Notes: generated by a model not told the origin, from the sequence alone. 64,000 bases of DNA from Calothrix sp. CSU_2_0 (GCA_012034595.1 JAAUPE010000015.1:352-64351), one strand, 5' to 3'; shown: positions 1 to 11,342, counted from the first letter of the stretch. Translations and numbers: made by a program.

Positions 1-1
1 C

Positions 2-1417
2 ACGAGGGTTGGCAAAAAGCGGCTCTCACTGTTTAAGCTGCGTCCCAAAAATACGGCGGTATTAGTCACTATTTTGACGGGTATTGGGATTTCGGCATCA
101 ACGCTAGGTATTCTATTCCTGGCTGATAGTGGATTGCGAGACGGTGTATTTAAGTTAGAGAATATCCGCAAAGATTTGCGTCGCAAGCGCGAACAACTTA
201 AGGGAGCCGAAACTCAGATTAATCAGGTGACTGGGGAACTCAATCAAGCTAAAACCCAAGAAGCTGAAGCTCAAAAGCGGTTGGAAAACACCAACAAGAA
301 CCTTCAAGATGCCAACAAGAAGCAAAAAGAGACCCAAACTGCACTGAACCGGACGATTGACTTACAAGCCAAAACTCAAAACCAACTGCGTTCAACGCAA
401 AGCCGACTCGGACAAGTAGTAGTCCAATACCAACAAGCAATATCCCAGTTGCAAAGTGTCTACGACGAGCGCAAAAAACTTCAGGAGGAGATAGTACAAC
501 AAAAGCTAGAGAGTCAGAGGCTTTTCACTGTTGCTAAATTAGCCATCGACGAAGCCAAAAGCGCCATCCAAAAGCGCGATCGCGAATTACAAAAGCGTAA
601 AGACGCAATCGAATCTCGCGATCGCAAAATTGCTCAACTCGATGACTTAATTCAAAAACGTAATATTGAAGTTACCGCAAGGGAACAAATCATTGCCCAG
701 CGCGAATCGCGATTGAAGGAACTCGAAACCCAACAAGGCTATCTCGAAGAAGAAGTTACCCGTTTGGAACAGTATTACCAATCCTTCCGGGATTTACGTT
801 TGGGCAAATTGGCATTAGTACGCGGGCAAATGATAGCCTCGGCTGTTGTTAGCGTTCAGCAACCCGCAGGAGCGCGTCAAGTCGCAATTAAACTACTAGA
901 AGCGGCGAATCAGACTGCCCTCTCTAGATTGAGCGAACCTGGCAGCAATCTACCCTCTAATTTTAAAATATTACAAATTTCTAACGAACAGATTCAGCAA
1001 CTCAGCAAACAAATCAGCGATGGTCGTCAGTACGTTGTTCGTGTCTTTTCGGCTGGAAACTACGTACGCGGTGAAAAGCGGATTGAATTTTTTACCGATG
1101 CCTCAGTCAATCAAATTGTATTTAAGGCTGGCGAAATTTTAGCCACGACAAATGCAGACTCGAAAACAATGACTTCGTACCAATTGAGGCAAAGACTTGA
1201 TTTATTAATCTCCGCTTCGCAATTTCGCGCTCGAAACGCAGGTATTTTAGACGACATCCAGATTGATAGTACATTTCTGCGGTTTTTATCCCAACTACAG
1301 CAATATGACCAAGCTGTAGAAATTAAAGCGATCGCAGCAGAAAATACATTTACAGCCGGACCATTAAAACTTAAATTTATAGCTATTCAAAACGGTCAAG
1401 TACTCTTTGGTACATAG
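2..1417 (+). CDS. DUF3084-type coiled-coil membrane protein, 5' end cut by the window edge
   Basis: The frame of ORF 74..1417 stays open back to nt 2 (..RVGKKRLSLFKLRPKNTAVLVTILTGIG..). It has a long Q/E/K/R-rich coiled-coil centre. The N-terminal motif matches my recollection of cyanobacterial DUF3084 proteins. Confidence 0.6.
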   Translation, partial: TRVGKKRLSLFKLRPKNTAVLVTILTGIGISASTLGILFLADSGLRDGVFKLENIRKDLRRKREQLKGAETQINQVTGELNQAKTQEAEAQKRLENTNKNLQDANKKQKETQTALNRTIDLQAKTQNQLRSTQSRLGQVVVQYQQAISQLQSVYDERKKLQEEIVQQKLESQRLFTVAKLAIDEAKSAIQKRDRELQKRKDAIESRDRKIAQLDDLIQKRNIEVTAREQIIAQRESRLKELETQQGYLEEEVTRLEQYYQSFRDLRLGKLALVRGQMIASAVVSVQQPAGARQVAIKLLEAANQTALSRLSEPGSNLPSNFKILQISNEQIQQLSKQISDGRQYVVRVFSAGNYVRGEKRIEFFTDASVNQIVFKAGEILATTNADSKTMTSYQLRQRLDLLISASQFRARNAGILDDIQIDSTFLRFLSQLQQYDQAVEIKAIAAENTFTAGPLKLKFIAIQNGQVLFGT

Positions 1418-1442
1418 TCAAGAAATTAAAGATTAACCGTAG

Positions 1443-1461
1443 GGGTGGGGTTTCCCCACCC
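1443..1461 (+). terminator. GC-rich hairpin after the DUF3084 gene
   Basis: gggtgggg-ttt-ccccaccc forms an 8-bp stem 26 nt after the stop codon. There is no clean U-run. Confidence 0.4.
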
Positions 1462-1575
1462 TTAATTGTCTTTAAAATTAATCAAGATTGTTGATATTCA
1501 TAAAAAAGTATTGAAATTTAAACTTAAACCTAAACCTAAGCTATTACGGAAACTCTCAACTTCACTCTTAGATTT

Positions 1576-2022
1576 ATGCCACCAGAACAAGTATTCTCGC
1601 TTACACAACCAATGATTTTGGGATTCGATCCGGGTAAAGATAAATGCGGTGTAGCGGTAATGGGACTAGACAGACAATTATGCTACCACGAGGTTATACC
1701 TTCGGCAGATGCCATTGATATAATTAAAAACCTCCGTGAAAAGTATCCAATCACCCTGCTAGTAATGGGCGACCAAACCACTTCCAAACGCTGGAAAAAA
1801 GACCTACAATCCCACCTTGGGGAACAATTTAACATTGTTTTGGTTGACGAACGCTATAGCACTTTAGAAGCACGCGATCGCTATTGGCAAATGTTCCCAC
1901 CCCAAGGGCTGAATAAGATTTTACCCCAAGGTATGCGTCAACCCCCCCGTCCCATCGATGATATTGTTGCTATTTTGCTAATCGAGAGGTACTTAGCTAG
2001 ATTGACTTCTAAAAATCAGTAG
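1576..2022 (+). CDS. RNase H-fold, Holliday-junction-resolvase-like (YqgF/RuvX-like) nuclease
   Basis: Contains MILGFDPGKDKCGVAV, then LVMGDQT, then LVDERYSTLEAR, a layout typical of YqgF-like resolvases. The true start may be the internal Met at 1612. Confidence 0.5.
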   Translation: MPPEQVFSLTQPMILGFDPGKDKCGVAVMGLDRQLCYHEVIPSADAIDIIKNLREKYPITLLVMGDQTTSKRWKKDLQSHLGEQFNIVLVDERYSTLEARDRYWQMFPPQGLNKILPQGMRQPPRPIDDIVAILLIERYLARLTSKNQ

Positions 2023-2114
2023 TCAGTAGTCAGTGGTCAGGAATTTGGAATTAGTGGTCAGGAATCAGGAATCAGTGGTCAGGAATCAGGAATCAGGAAT
2101 TAGGAATCAGAAGC
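2017..2114. repeat. STRR array of about 14 tandem heptamers (CAGTAGT/CAGGAAT/CAGTGGT)
   Basis: Read directly. The first unit overlaps the stop codon of the upstream gene. Confidence 0.9.
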
Positions 2115-2242
2115 GATTAGCTTTTAGCCTTAAACCCATGCATAAATGTAAGTGCTGGAGACTATAATTCAATTAGCTAACAGCTAACTTTCTAGTCATT
2201 TTTTTAACCAATGCCCAATCCCCAATCCCCCATGCCCCATCA

Positions 2243-2506
2243 CTATAACTCGGCTCGAATCGTAAACGCATAATCACCTCCCGGTTCGAGTTGATAATCC
2301 TTTTGCTCCAAGAAACGACCGAGAGGTTCTTTAATTAAAGCCCGTCCTTGAGATGGTTTAACCATCAGTTCTCCTTGGCGAAAATCCCATTGGAACTGCC
2401 ATTCATAATCACCCGCATGTACTTCTCCTTCGAGTAAGCCATGCTGCCAGGATTGGCGGATAATCTTTACGTGGGCGGTTGTTTCGGGTAGACGTTTGGT
2501 ACTCAC
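2243..2506 (-). CDS. Conserved cyanobacterial small protein (DUF3146-like)
   Basis: 87-aa ORF with good coding character. The motif TAHVKIIRQSWQ..GEV..WQFQW.FRQGEL is recalled from the DUF3146 family. Confidence 0.5.
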   Translation of the reverse strand: MSTKRLPETTAHVKIIRQSWQHGLLEGEVHAGDYEWQFQWDFRQGELMVKPSQGRALIKEPLGRFLEQKDYQLEPGGDYAFTIRAEL

Positions 2507-2854
2507 AATCCGTTATAGACAGGTTAAGAGAACAGTTGGGTAATTATAGCTTTAACATTGAATCCAAATATATCAAATACAAAATCGCAGAATAATTTCT
2601 CAAGGCTAATTTACGTATTTCTTTTTTTAAGATACAAGTTGTAAACAGTATTAGTAACTACCTCAATGCTGTAAATATTACTTTATAATAACTATTCCGG
2701 AGGTGGAATCAATATATAACTTGACTTATTTACTGAGATAATTATTGCTCACACTCAGCTTTATAAGTATTTCTGCGGTTGTAGAAAAATATATACTAGA
2801 GCCATTTTAGGAGTAGTCATTTTGATACTTATCTCCTAATAGTAATGGTTTGCT

Positions 2855-4438
2855 ATGACACAGCCGAACCTCTTAGAACAAGCAAAAAAAGGTGATGTAA
2901 ATGCGATCGCATCATTAATTAATCGTTCACTCCAAAATCAAGGCATTAATGTAGAAGCAAGTCTCGAAGATAGTTGCTTGGAAGTTTGGTTGAAGTCAAA
3001 TCAAGTTCCCGATCGGCAAACTTCGGTGGCATTTATCCGTAAGGGAATGATGAGTTTGGGGGTTGCATCGATTAAGAGGGTTAGGGTTTATGCACAGCAA
3101 ACAAGCGAGGATATGCCTTCTTGGGATGAGGAAGTGGAGTTAGATCGATGTAACAATCTAAATTTAGAATTGGTACATCCAGAATTAGTAAACCCAGAAG
3201 AACAACATAATTCCCTAAAAAATCTGCAAGTAAGCGCGAGTAATGGTGACATTGAATCTATATCAGCAATATTAAATAATTCATTTAAACAGCAAAAGAT
3301 TACTTTAAAAATTGGAATTAAAGAAAATTGCTTACAAATACTATTAGAATCATCTCAGGTTCCCAATCAATCACTATGTACGGCAATTATTCGCAAAGAA
3401 TTGGTCAGATTAAAAATAGAATCGATTAAAAATGTCAAAGTTTACGGACGAGAAATAGCAGAAGAATTTCCTGCTTGGTTTCAAGAATTTGAACTGGGAA
3501 TTGGCAAACTCACACCGATTACGGCGAAAAAACAGCAATCTGAAAATCCCGAATTTCTAGCGACTTTGCGAACATTTAAATTTTCTTCGGTTGTTCCTTA
3601 CCAAGATGCGTTAAATTCCGATTTATACAGTTCAAATACAGTTAGATTATTACTATTTTTTGGGTTATTTCCCTTTGCTGTGAGTTTGATTGCTAAAACC
3701 GCAGGTTTAGGTTTAATTGCTTTTATTTTGGGAGTTTATTATTCTTCGATATGGGGAGTTGTGGTATATAACTTACTCAAACCTGCTCTGTTTTCTTGGA
3801 GAAATACAGTTAAATGTGCTTTATTTACGGCATTTATTGGCATTCCCATCCTTTTACTTTGCCAAAGAGTACCTCCGTTTAGCCTTCTATACACAGCAGT
3901 CGAACAAGATAATATAATCCCTCGATTGATTGGTTTTATTTTCGGTGTTGGTGTACTCGAAGAGTCATGCAAAGCTTTACCAGTTTACCTATTTCTGATG
4001 CGTCCAGGAAAATTAAAAGACCCCCTGACATCAGCATTTTACGGGGCAATGTCGGGTTTAGGATTTGCGATCGCAGAAGGGGTAAACTACTCTTATAGAT
4101 ATGCCATTAGTTTGGCTACGGGAGAAAGTGGTTTTGGCTTTTACGTTTTAATCAACACAATTAGATTTGTCTCTTTGCCTTTATATCATGCAATTTGGGC
4201 TGGGATTGTCGGTTATTTTTTAGGTTTAGCAGCAATCAATCCATCACGTAAAGGTTCAATTATTTTTATTGGATTAGGAGTTTCTGCTGTACTCCACGGT
4301 TCTTACAACACATTTTCTAATAGTTGGATTGGATTTGTCATCCTGGGATTTTCGATTTTGTTATTCGTCACTTACCTGAATCGCAGTCAGCAAATAGTTG
4401 ATGATATGCAGAATGCCGAATTAAGTTTTAAAAAATAG
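2855..4438 (+). CDS. PrsW-family intramembrane protease with two tandem copies of an about 85-aa N-terminal cytoplasmic domain
   Basis: The C-terminal half is multi-TM and carries LEESCKALP, FAIAEG, YHAIWAG and HGSYN motifs (PrsW-type E-E-K / H signature). The N-terminal half contains an internal duplication. Confidence 0.75.
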   Translation: MTQPNLLEQAKKGDVNAIASLINRSLQNQGINVEASLEDSCLEVWLKSNQVPDRQTSVAFIRKGMMSLGVASIKRVRVYAQQTSEDMPSWDEEVELDRCNNLNLELVHPELVNPEEQHNSLKNLQVSASNGDIESISAILNNSFKQQKITLKIGIKENCLQILLESSQVPNQSLCTAIIRKELVRLKIESIKNVKVYGREIAEEFPAWFQEFELGIGKLTPITAKKQQSENPEFLATLRTFKFSSVVPYQDALNSDLYSSNTVRLLLFFGLFPFAVSLIAKTAGLGLIAFILGVYYSSIWGVVVYNLLKPALFSWRNTVKCALFTAFIGIPILLLCQRVPPFSLLYTAVEQDNIIPRLIGFIFGVGVLEESCKALPVYLFLMRPGKLKDPLTSAFYGAMSGLGFAIAEGVNYSYRYAISLATGESGFGFYVLINTIRFVSLPLYHAIWAGIVGYFLGLAAINPSRKGSIIFIGLGVSAVLHGSYNTFSNSWIGFVILGFSILLFVTYLNRSQQIVDDMQNAELSFKK

Positions 4439-4574
4439 GAATAAAAAACTATTTGCAAGTGGTCAAATAATAATCAATTTTTATTAACAAAAGCTGAATA
4501 GCGATGCCTTCCAAAAAGACATCGCGGATTTTAGATTATTGATTTTTCGACTTTTTGATTCCAAAATCTGTCTT

Positions 4575-4615
4575 GAAAAGTTGACGGGTTCGGTTTCTGT
4601 ACCGTCAAACTTTTC
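4575..4615. terminator. Bidirectional hairpin between the convergent prsW-like gene and pnp
   Basis: gaaaagttgacgg ... ccgtcaaacttttc forms an about 13-bp stem with one bulge, flanked by STRR units. Confidence 0.5.
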
Positions 4616-4643
4616 GTAAATCCAAAATCTAAAATCAAACGAC

Positions 4644-6794
4644 TTACTTCGTTGCTGCCTCTCTTGCTGCTGCTGCTTGATCGGGATGAATACCTAAGCG
4701 AGTCAAATTGATTCGACCTTTTTGGTCGATTTCCCGCACTTTGATAATCACTTCGTCACCAACCGCAACTTCATCTTCAACTTTACCAACTCGGTAGTCA
4801 GCAAGCTGGGAAATGTGAACCATGCCTTCTTTACCTGGCAAAAATTCCACAAAAGCACCAATTGGTATAATCCGAGTCACTCGACCCGCGTAAACATCGC
4901 CTTCATTGAGCTTGCGTGTCATTCCTTGAATAATCGCCCGCGCTCTTTTAGCTTTGTTTTCATCAACCGCAGAAATAGTTACCGTACCATCATCTTCGAT
5001 GTCGATTTTAGCACCAGTTTCTTCGGTAATACCCTTAATTGTCTTACCACCAGGACCAATCACCAGACCAATCATGTCTGAGTCAATCTTGATGGTTAAC
5101 AGTCTTGGTGCATAGGGTGACATTTCGCTGCGAGGTTCGGAAATGCAAGCAAGCATTTTTTCGAGAATATGTAACCTTGCTGGTTTTGCCTGGTTGACAG
5201 CTTGGGCAATCACTTCCAGCGATAAGCCGGAAATTTTCATGTCCATTTGCAATGCTGTAATTCCTGAATCTGTTCCCGCAACTTTGAAGTCCATATCACC
5301 CAAGAAGTCTTCAATACCTTGGATGTCAGTAAGAATGCGTACTTCGTCACCTTCTTTAATTAGACCCATTGCCGCACCGCTAACTGGCTTTTTAATCGGT
5401 ACACCTGCGTCCATGAGGGATAGGGTGGAGCCACACACCGAACCCATCGAAGTCGAACCGTTGGAAGAAAGGACTTCGGAAACTACCCGGATAGCGTAGG
5501 GAAATTCGTGCTTAGTTGGTAGCACAGGTAACATTGCCCGTTCCGCTAAAGCACCGTGACCAATTTCCCGACGACCTGGGGCACGTAGGGGCTTGGTTTC
5601 CCCAACGGAGTAGGGTGGGAAGTTGTAGTGGTGCATGTAACGTTTGTACTGGTCTGGCTGTAAATCGTCGGTGAGGGTTTGAGTGTCACCGGGAGTACCC
5701 AGGGTACATGCGGATAGGACTTGGGTAAGTCCTCGGTTAAATAATCCCGTGCCGTGAACCCGTTTAGGGATAATACCAACTTGGCAGGAGACTGGACGAA
5801 CTTGATCGAGTTTGCGTCCATCTACACGGACATTATCTTCGACGATTTGGCGACGCATTAACTCTTTGGTAATCTCTTTGAAGGTATTACCTAGTGCTTT
5901 GCCATTGGCAGTGGCAGCAGTGCGGATGCCGTCGTCTTCTGCCAGTTCCGCGATCGCACTCACAACACCTGCTTTAATTTCATCTAAAGCCGCATCGCGT
6001 TCAGTTTTGGTAAACTCAAACTGCGCCAAAATTTTCTTGATGTCGGCAGTAGCGCGATCGCGAATGAAGTTTGCCAGGGTTTGATCGACTTCAGGGGGGT
6101 TTTCATGGACAATTTTCAACCCCAATTCGGTCATTAATTCTTGCTGGGCACGAATTAAATCCTGTACAGCTTCGTAACCGAATTCGATTGCTTCGATAAT
6201 GTCGCGTTCGGGTAACTGATTTGCACCAGCTTCCACCATGATCACACCATCGGGCGAACCAGCCACAACCAAATCTAAATCTCCGGCATCAATCTCTGCG
6301 TAAGTAGGGTTAATGACAAAATCATCTCCTACCAAGCCGACGCGCACGGCTGCCATTGGACCGTTAAAGGGAATTCCTGCCAATAGTGTAGCAATTGATG
6401 CACCTGTCACCGCAAGTACATCGGGTGGTACGAGTTCGTCAATTGATAGGGTTGTAGCTACGACTTGCAAATCATCACGCAACCACGATGGAAACAGGGG
6501 ACGTAAAGGACGATCGATGAGACGACTAGTAAGAATTGTTCTTTCTGGGGGGCGACCTTCACGTCGCATTATGCCTCCGGGAATCCTACCCGCAGCGTAC
6601 AGTCTTTCTTCGTAATCTACGGTCAAAGGTAGAAAATCGATGCCGTCTCTGGCTTGCGATCGCGTCGCTGTCACTAACACTGACGTATCCCCAGATTGTA
6701 ACAAAACAGACCCGCCAGCCTGGGGAGCTAACAAGCCGATTTTCAGTCCAATATCCCGCCCATCGAAGGATATTGACTTTTCAAATTCTCCCAT
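4644..6794 (-). CDS. pnp: Polyribonucleotide nucleotidyltransferase (PNPase)
   Basis: 716 aa with two RNase PH domains, then KH ([10 protein letters not shown]) and S1 ([15 protein letters not shown]) domains. Full-length architecture. Confidence 0.97.
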   Translation of the reverse strand: MGEFEKSISFDGRDIGLKIGLLAPQAGGSVLLQSGDTSVLVTATRSQARDGIDFLPLTVDYEERLYAAGRIPGGIMRREGRPPERTILTSRLIDRPLRPLFPSWLRDDLQVVATTLSIDELVPPDVLAVTGASIATLLAGIPFNGPMAAVRVGLVGDDFVINPTYAEIDAGDLDLVVAGSPDGVIMVEAGANQLPERDIIEAIEFGYEAVQDLIRAQQELMTELGLKIVHENPPEVDQTLANFIRDRATADIKKILAQFEFTKTERDAALDEIKAGVVSAIAELAEDDGIRTAATANGKALGNTFKEITKELMRRQIVEDNVRVDGRKLDQVRPVSCQVGIIPKRVHGTGLFNRGLTQVLSACTLGTPGDTQTLTDDLQPDQYKRYMHHYNFPPYSVGETKPLRAPGRREIGHGALAERAMLPVLPTKHEFPYAIRVVSEVLSSNGSTSMGSVCGSTLSLMDAGVPIKKPVSGAAMGLIKEGDEVRILTDIQGIEDFLGDMDFKVAGTDSGITALQMDMKISGLSLEVIAQAVNQAKPARLHILEKMLACISEPRSEMSPYAPRLLTIKIDSDMIGLVIGPGGKTIKGITEETGAKIDIEDDGTVTISAVDENKAKRARAIIQGMTRKLNEGDVYAGRVTRIIPIGAFVEFLPGKEGMVHISQLADYRVGKVEDEVAVGDEVIIKVREIDQKGRINLTRLGIHPDQAAAAREAATK

Positions 6795-7057
6795 TCAGTT
6801 TCTTTTCCTTCTATGTTCGCTATTCTCGCTCTGTGGCAATCCTAACATTTATGTACTATTACTGTCGGTCGTAAAGGTTAAGAGTTATAAGATATTATAT
6901 ATACTAGTTTGAGTTACAACATACCGAAGCTAGGGCATAATTGCTTAAAGAGCTGATTATGAGGCATTTTTTCGACAGATTTTTTCGAGATTTACCCGAA
7001 TTTGTACGTATCTAGGCGGTACATTCTTTAACTCACAAATTTTGTTTGCTCCCTTTC

Positions 7058-7606
7058 TCATGGCTCCAAACTGCGGTACATTATCATTGCATCGACAAAA
7101 TTATCATGATTGACTTCTACTGCTGATGGGATTTGCCCAATTACCTGGAATCCTAATGATTCCCACAAACGCAAAGAAGCTATATTAGTTTTGAAGACCA
7201 AGTTGAACATTACCGCTTTGTATCCTAGCTCTGATGCAATTTCTAGCATGGATTCTCCCATAAATCTACCCAGACCCAAACCCCGCATTTCCCGTTGTAC
7301 AATAAAGCCAGCGTTGCAAATATGGCTACACCGACCTGGAAAGTTTGGTTTTACAAAAAATGCTCCAAGTATCTCGTTTGTTTGGAATGATGTAATTGCT
7401 TGTTTAAGTCGCACAACACAGGCAATATGATTCATCCAATAAGCTGAAAATTCTGATTGGGTAAGAGCTTGCTTCTGTGGATAGGTATTTCCTTCGAGAA
7501 TCACTAAATTAAGTAATGTTCTCACTGTTTCTTGTTCTTCTGAATGCATGTAATCTAGTTCTAAGTGGATTCCGTTTCTTAAAATTTTATCAACAGGTAA
7601 GTGCAT
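7058..7606 (-). CDS. GNAT-family N-acetyltransferase
   Basis: Carries the acetyl-CoA-binding motif REMRGLGLGRFM and is 182 aa long. Confidence 0.8.
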   Translation of the reverse strand: MHLPVDKILRNGIHLELDYMHSEEQETVRTLLNLVILEGNTYPQKQALTQSEFSAYWMNHIACVVRLKQAITSFQTNEILGAFFVKPNFPGRCSHICNAGFIVQREMRGLGLGRFMGESMLEIASELGYKAVMFNLVFKTNIASLRLWESLGFQVIGQIPSAVEVNHDNFVDAMIMYRSLEP

Positions 7607-7970
7607 AATTGAAGAATTTTGTTTACGATGGTTTTGACTGGTTGAATTTTTGTTAATTTTTTGAAATTATTCAAAGTTATTATTTTGTGATTATTCAAGT
7701 TTCTTCATCATTAAAAATTATTCAATTTTAGTATGTTTGAAATTATAAGATATTCTTGAAAAATATGTAAGTATTCAGTCCTAAAAATGCAAAATGGAAA
7801 CGAAATGTTGGTTATATCTAAATTTAAGAAAATTCAAAGTAAACTTTTCTATAAAAGTGTAGGGGCAGAGTAATCCCTGATGAATAATATATTTGGTAAA
7901 TATCTGTCTTTGTAATTCCTCTAACAACTATTTTCTCAAGTTTTATCCTCACAATAATTATTATTTCAAG

Positions 7971-10900
7971 ATGGCTATTTTACATGGTAATTGGTTAATT
8001 AAAGGTCAAGAAAGTTGCCTATTTATTTGGGGAGAAACTTGGCGATCGCTTGAAGAAAATTTAATTAATGTCACCTCTATTAGTGAAAAGACGATTAATG
8101 AAGATTCTGGGCTACCTCAACAAGATAAAATACCTTTAAATCCATTTGCAATGACATCTCTAGAATTATGGGAATGGATACAAACTTTACCAATTGTAGT
8201 TCCCAAATCTCTACAGCAATCTGTCGCTGTAACCACTCAATCGAAAACGAGTCGTCGCACAACTAAGACAGCAACAATTACCCAACCTAATTTACCTGTT
8301 GCATCGCAAATAATCGCTTTGCCGAGCCATGTAATAGTTAATGATAATCCCGAAAATATTACAATATCACCAATACATTCTGGAGTAATTATTGAAGATA
8401 GTAAGGTAAATCAATTACCTCAATATCTCCAACCCTGGAAAATAGAGGGATTTTGTTTAAAAACAAACGAAGCAATTAAATTACTTTCTTCTCTACCTCT
8501 AAATACCACAAGCGATAGAGGTGGATTTTTTGGTGCAGATTTGCAATTTTGGATGCAAATTTTTCGTTGGAGTTTAGATTTAACTGCACGGTGCAAATAT
8601 TTACCCCTGATTAAATCTAATTTTAAATCTAATCATCAATTTAATAATCAATCTAATAATCAATCAACCAATCAAACCCAACTAAGTAACAATTTTGTTG
8701 CTTCTTGGCAAGCACTATTAGATAGTGGGATTGATACGAATCGACTCGAAAAATTTTCTCAATTAATGCCTTTAGCATGTCGAACTTACCAACAGGAAAT
8801 AAGAGAACAAATTAGTGATAATTCTTCCACATCTGTTTACTCAACACTAACTATAGATTTACCAACCGAACCGCAAGAATTAATCATTGACTTTTTGAAT
8901 AGTACTATTGACAATCAAGTACGAGGAATGATTAATCCTCCCGCAGCAGCAGAAGCACGTTTGCTCGCAGCACTACCAACAGCAGTTCGTCAGTGGTTAC
9001 AAGGATTAACAACAGCAGCAAATTCCATTAATGCTAATCCTCCCGAAGTGGAGCGTTTACAAAGTGCATTAAAAGCTTGGATGATGCCATTGGAATATCA
9101 AATGGCAGGGAAAACACTTTTTCGGACTTGTTTTGAATTAAAATCGCCTGAAGAAGGGAAAAATCAGTGGACTTTGGCTTATTTTCTCCAAGCATCAGAT
9201 GACGTAGAATTTTTAGTTGATGCTGCTACGATTTGGGAGCAAACTGTCGAACGGTTTGTTTATCAAAATAGGACAATCGAGCAACCCCAGGAAACATTTT
9301 TGCGAGGTTTGGGATTAGCTTCACGGTTGTATTCCCCCATTGCTGAAAGTTTAGAAACCCAATCTCCGACATTTTGTTACCTTAACCCCATGCAAGCTTA
9401 CGAATTCATCAAAGCTATAGCTTGGCGTTTAGAAGATAGTGGTTTAGGTGTAATTTTACCATCAAGTTTAGCAAATCGCGAAGGTTGGGCAAACCGCTTA
9501 GGCTTGAAAATTACGGCACAAAATTTACAACAGCAAGGACGTTTGAACTTGCAAAGTTTGTTAAATTTTCAATGGCAATTAGCGATTGGGGGACAAACTA
9601 TTTCTAAAGCTGAATTCGATCGCTTAGTCGCATTAAATAGCCCCTTAGTTGAGATTAACGGTGAATGGGTCGAATTGCGATCGCACGATATTAAAACAGC
9701 ACAAAACTTCTTTGCTTCGCGAAAAGAGCAAATGTCCCTGTCGTTAGAGGATGCATTGCGCTTGAGTTCGGGGGATACCCAATCGATAGAAAAGCTACCA
9801 GTCGTCAGTTTTGAAGCTTCAGGAGCTTTACAGGAGCTAGTTAACGCCTTAAGTAATAGTAGTGCGATCGCGACTTTACCAACTCCTAAAGATTTTCAAG
9901 GAGAATTGCGTCCATATCAGGAACGTGGTGTTGCTTGGTTAGCTTTTCTCGAACGTTGGGGTTTAGGTGCTTGTCTCGCAGATGATATGGGGTTAGGAAA
10001 AACTATCCAGTTTATTGCCTTTTTATTACACCTCAAAGAACAAAATTCCCTTGATAATCCCACATTACTAGTTTGTCCGACTTCAGTATTAGGAAACTGG
10101 GAAAGGGAAGTTAAAAAATTTGCCCCAAATCTTAAACTTTTACAATATCACGGTGATAAAAGACCTAAAGGGAAGGCTTTTGCAGATGCAGTGAAAAAAC
10201 ATGATTTGTTAATTACAAGTTATTCCCTAATTCATCGCGATATTAAAGAATTTCAAAGTATAACTTGGCAAAATATCGTCTTAGACGAAGCTCAGAATGT
10301 GAAAAATGCCGATGCTAAACAATCGCAAGCTGTCAGGCAATTAGAAGCTAATTTTCGCATTGCCTTAACGGGAACACCAGTAGAAAATCGCTTACAAGAA
10401 TTGTGGTCAATTCTAGATTTCCTCAACCCTGGTTATTTAGGAAATAAGCAATTTTTCCAAAGACGTTTTGCAATGCCGATTGAAAAATATGGTGATACAT
10501 CCTCACTTTCACAATTACGTGCTTTAGTGCAACCATTTATTTTACGACGTTTAAAGTCAGACCGTGACATTATTCAAGATTTACCAGAAAAGCAGGAAAT
10601 GACCGTATTTTGTGGTCTTACTTCCGAACAAGCTAAACTCTATCAACAAGTTGTCGAAGATTCTTTAGCAGAAATTGATAAAGCTGATGGTTTACAGCGT
10701 CGAGGAATGATTTTAGGATTACTAATTAAACTCAAACAAGTTTGTAATCACCCCGCACAATACCTCAAACAAGAGTCTTTAGATAAACACAATTCAGCCA
10801 AGTTACAACGCTTAGATGAAATGCTCGATGTCGCTTTAGCTGAAGGAGATAGAGCTTTGATTTTTACACAATTTGCTGAATGGGGTAAGTTGCTCAAACC

Positions 10901-11342
10901 GCATTTAGAAAAACAATTAGGTCGAGAAATCTTCTTTTTATATGGAAGTACTAGTAAAAGGCAACGTGAGGAAATGATAGATAGATTTCAACATGACCCC
11001 CAAGGACCACCAATCATGATTTTATCGTTGAAAGCAGGAGGTGTAGGGTTAAATTTAACGCGGGCAAATCACGTTTTTCACTTCGATAGATGGTGGAATC
11101 CCGCAGTTGAGAATCAAGCTACAGATAGGGTATTTCGGATTGGGCAAACCCGCAATGTTCAAGTACACAAATTTGTCTGTACAGGTACATTAGAAGAGAA
11201 AATTCATGACATGATTGAAAGTAAAAAGCAGCTTGCCGAGCAAGTTGTTGGTACAGGTGAGGATTGGTTAACAGAACTTGATACCAACCAATTAAGGAAT
11301 TTACTTTTGTTGGATAGAAGTGCAGTTATTGAAGACGAGTAG
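7971..11342 (+). CDS. SNF2-family helicase with a bacterial SNF2-associated N-terminal region
   Basis: Helicase motifs LADDMGLGKT, DEAQNVKN, LTGTPVEN and QATDRVFRIGQ are present. I chose the start at ATG 7971 (MAILHGNWL..) over the upstream alternative start at 7893. Confidence 0.9.
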   Translation: MAILHGNWLIKGQESCLFIWGETWRSLEENLINVTSISEKTINEDSGLPQQDKIPLNPFAMTSLELWEWIQTLPIVVPKSLQQSVAVTTQSKTSRRTTKTATITQPNLPVASQIIALPSHVIVNDNPENITISPIHSGVIIEDSKVNQLPQYLQPWKIEGFCLKTNEAIKLLSSLPLNTTSDRGGFFGADLQFWMQIFRWSLDLTARCKYLPLIKSNFKSNHQFNNQSNNQSTNQTQLSNNFVASWQALLDSGIDTNRLEKFSQLMPLACRTYQQEIREQISDNSSTSVYSTLTIDLPTEPQELIIDFLNSTIDNQVRGMINPPAAAEARLLAALPTAVRQWLQGLTTAANSINANPPEVERLQSALKAWMMPLEYQMAGKTLFRTCFELKSPEEGKNQWTLAYFLQASDDVEFLVDAATIWEQTVERFVYQNRTIEQPQETFLRGLGLASRLYSPIAESLETQSPTFCYLNPMQAYEFIKAIAWRLEDSGLGVILPSSLANREGWANRLGLKITAQNLQQQGRLNLQSLLNFQWQLAIGGQTISKAEFDRLVALNSPLVEINGEWVELRSHDIKTAQNFFASRKEQMSLSLEDALRLSSGDTQSIEKLPVVSFEASGALQELVNALSNSSAIATLPTPKDFQGELRPYQERGVAWLAFLERWGLGACLADDMGLGKTIQFIAFLLHLKEQNSLDNPTLLVCPTSVLGNWEREVKKFAPNLKLLQYHGDKRPKGKAFADAVKKHDLLITSYSLIHRDIKEFQSITWQNIVLDEAQNVKNADAKQSQAVRQLEANFRIALTGTPVENRLQELWSILDFLNPGYLGNKQFFQRRFAMPIEKYGDTSSLSQLRALVQPFILRRLKSDRDIIQDLPEKQEMTVFCGLTSEQAKLYQQVVEDSLAEIDKADGLQRRGMILGLLIKLKQVCNHPAQYLKQESLDKHNSAKLQRLDEMLDVALAEGDRALIFTQFAEWGKLLKPHLEKQLGREIFFLYGSTSKRQREEMIDRFQHDPQGPPIMILSLKAGGVGLNLTRANHVFHFDRWWNPAVENQATDRVFRIGQTRNVQVHKFVCTGTLEEKIHDMIESKKQLAEQVVGTGEDWLTELDTNQLRNLLLLDRSAVIEDE

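Noticed and set aside
4722-6615. Several 90-120-aa ORFs on the plus strand inside pnp, and similar antisense ORFs inside apcE, atpA, the WD40 gene, the RND gene and others
   Set aside because: These are shadow ORFs on the opposite strand of strongly supported genes, with low-complexity S/R/P-rich translations.
6795-7057. rpsO upstream of pnp
   Set aside because: No S15-like ORF exists in the 260-bp upstream region on the minus strand.
7893-7970. Upstream alternative start for the SNF2 helicase
   Set aside because: The extension (MVNICLCNSSNNYFLKFYPHNNYYFK) is AT-rich and non-protein-like. ATG 7971 gives the N-terminus MAILHGNWL, which is typical for this family.
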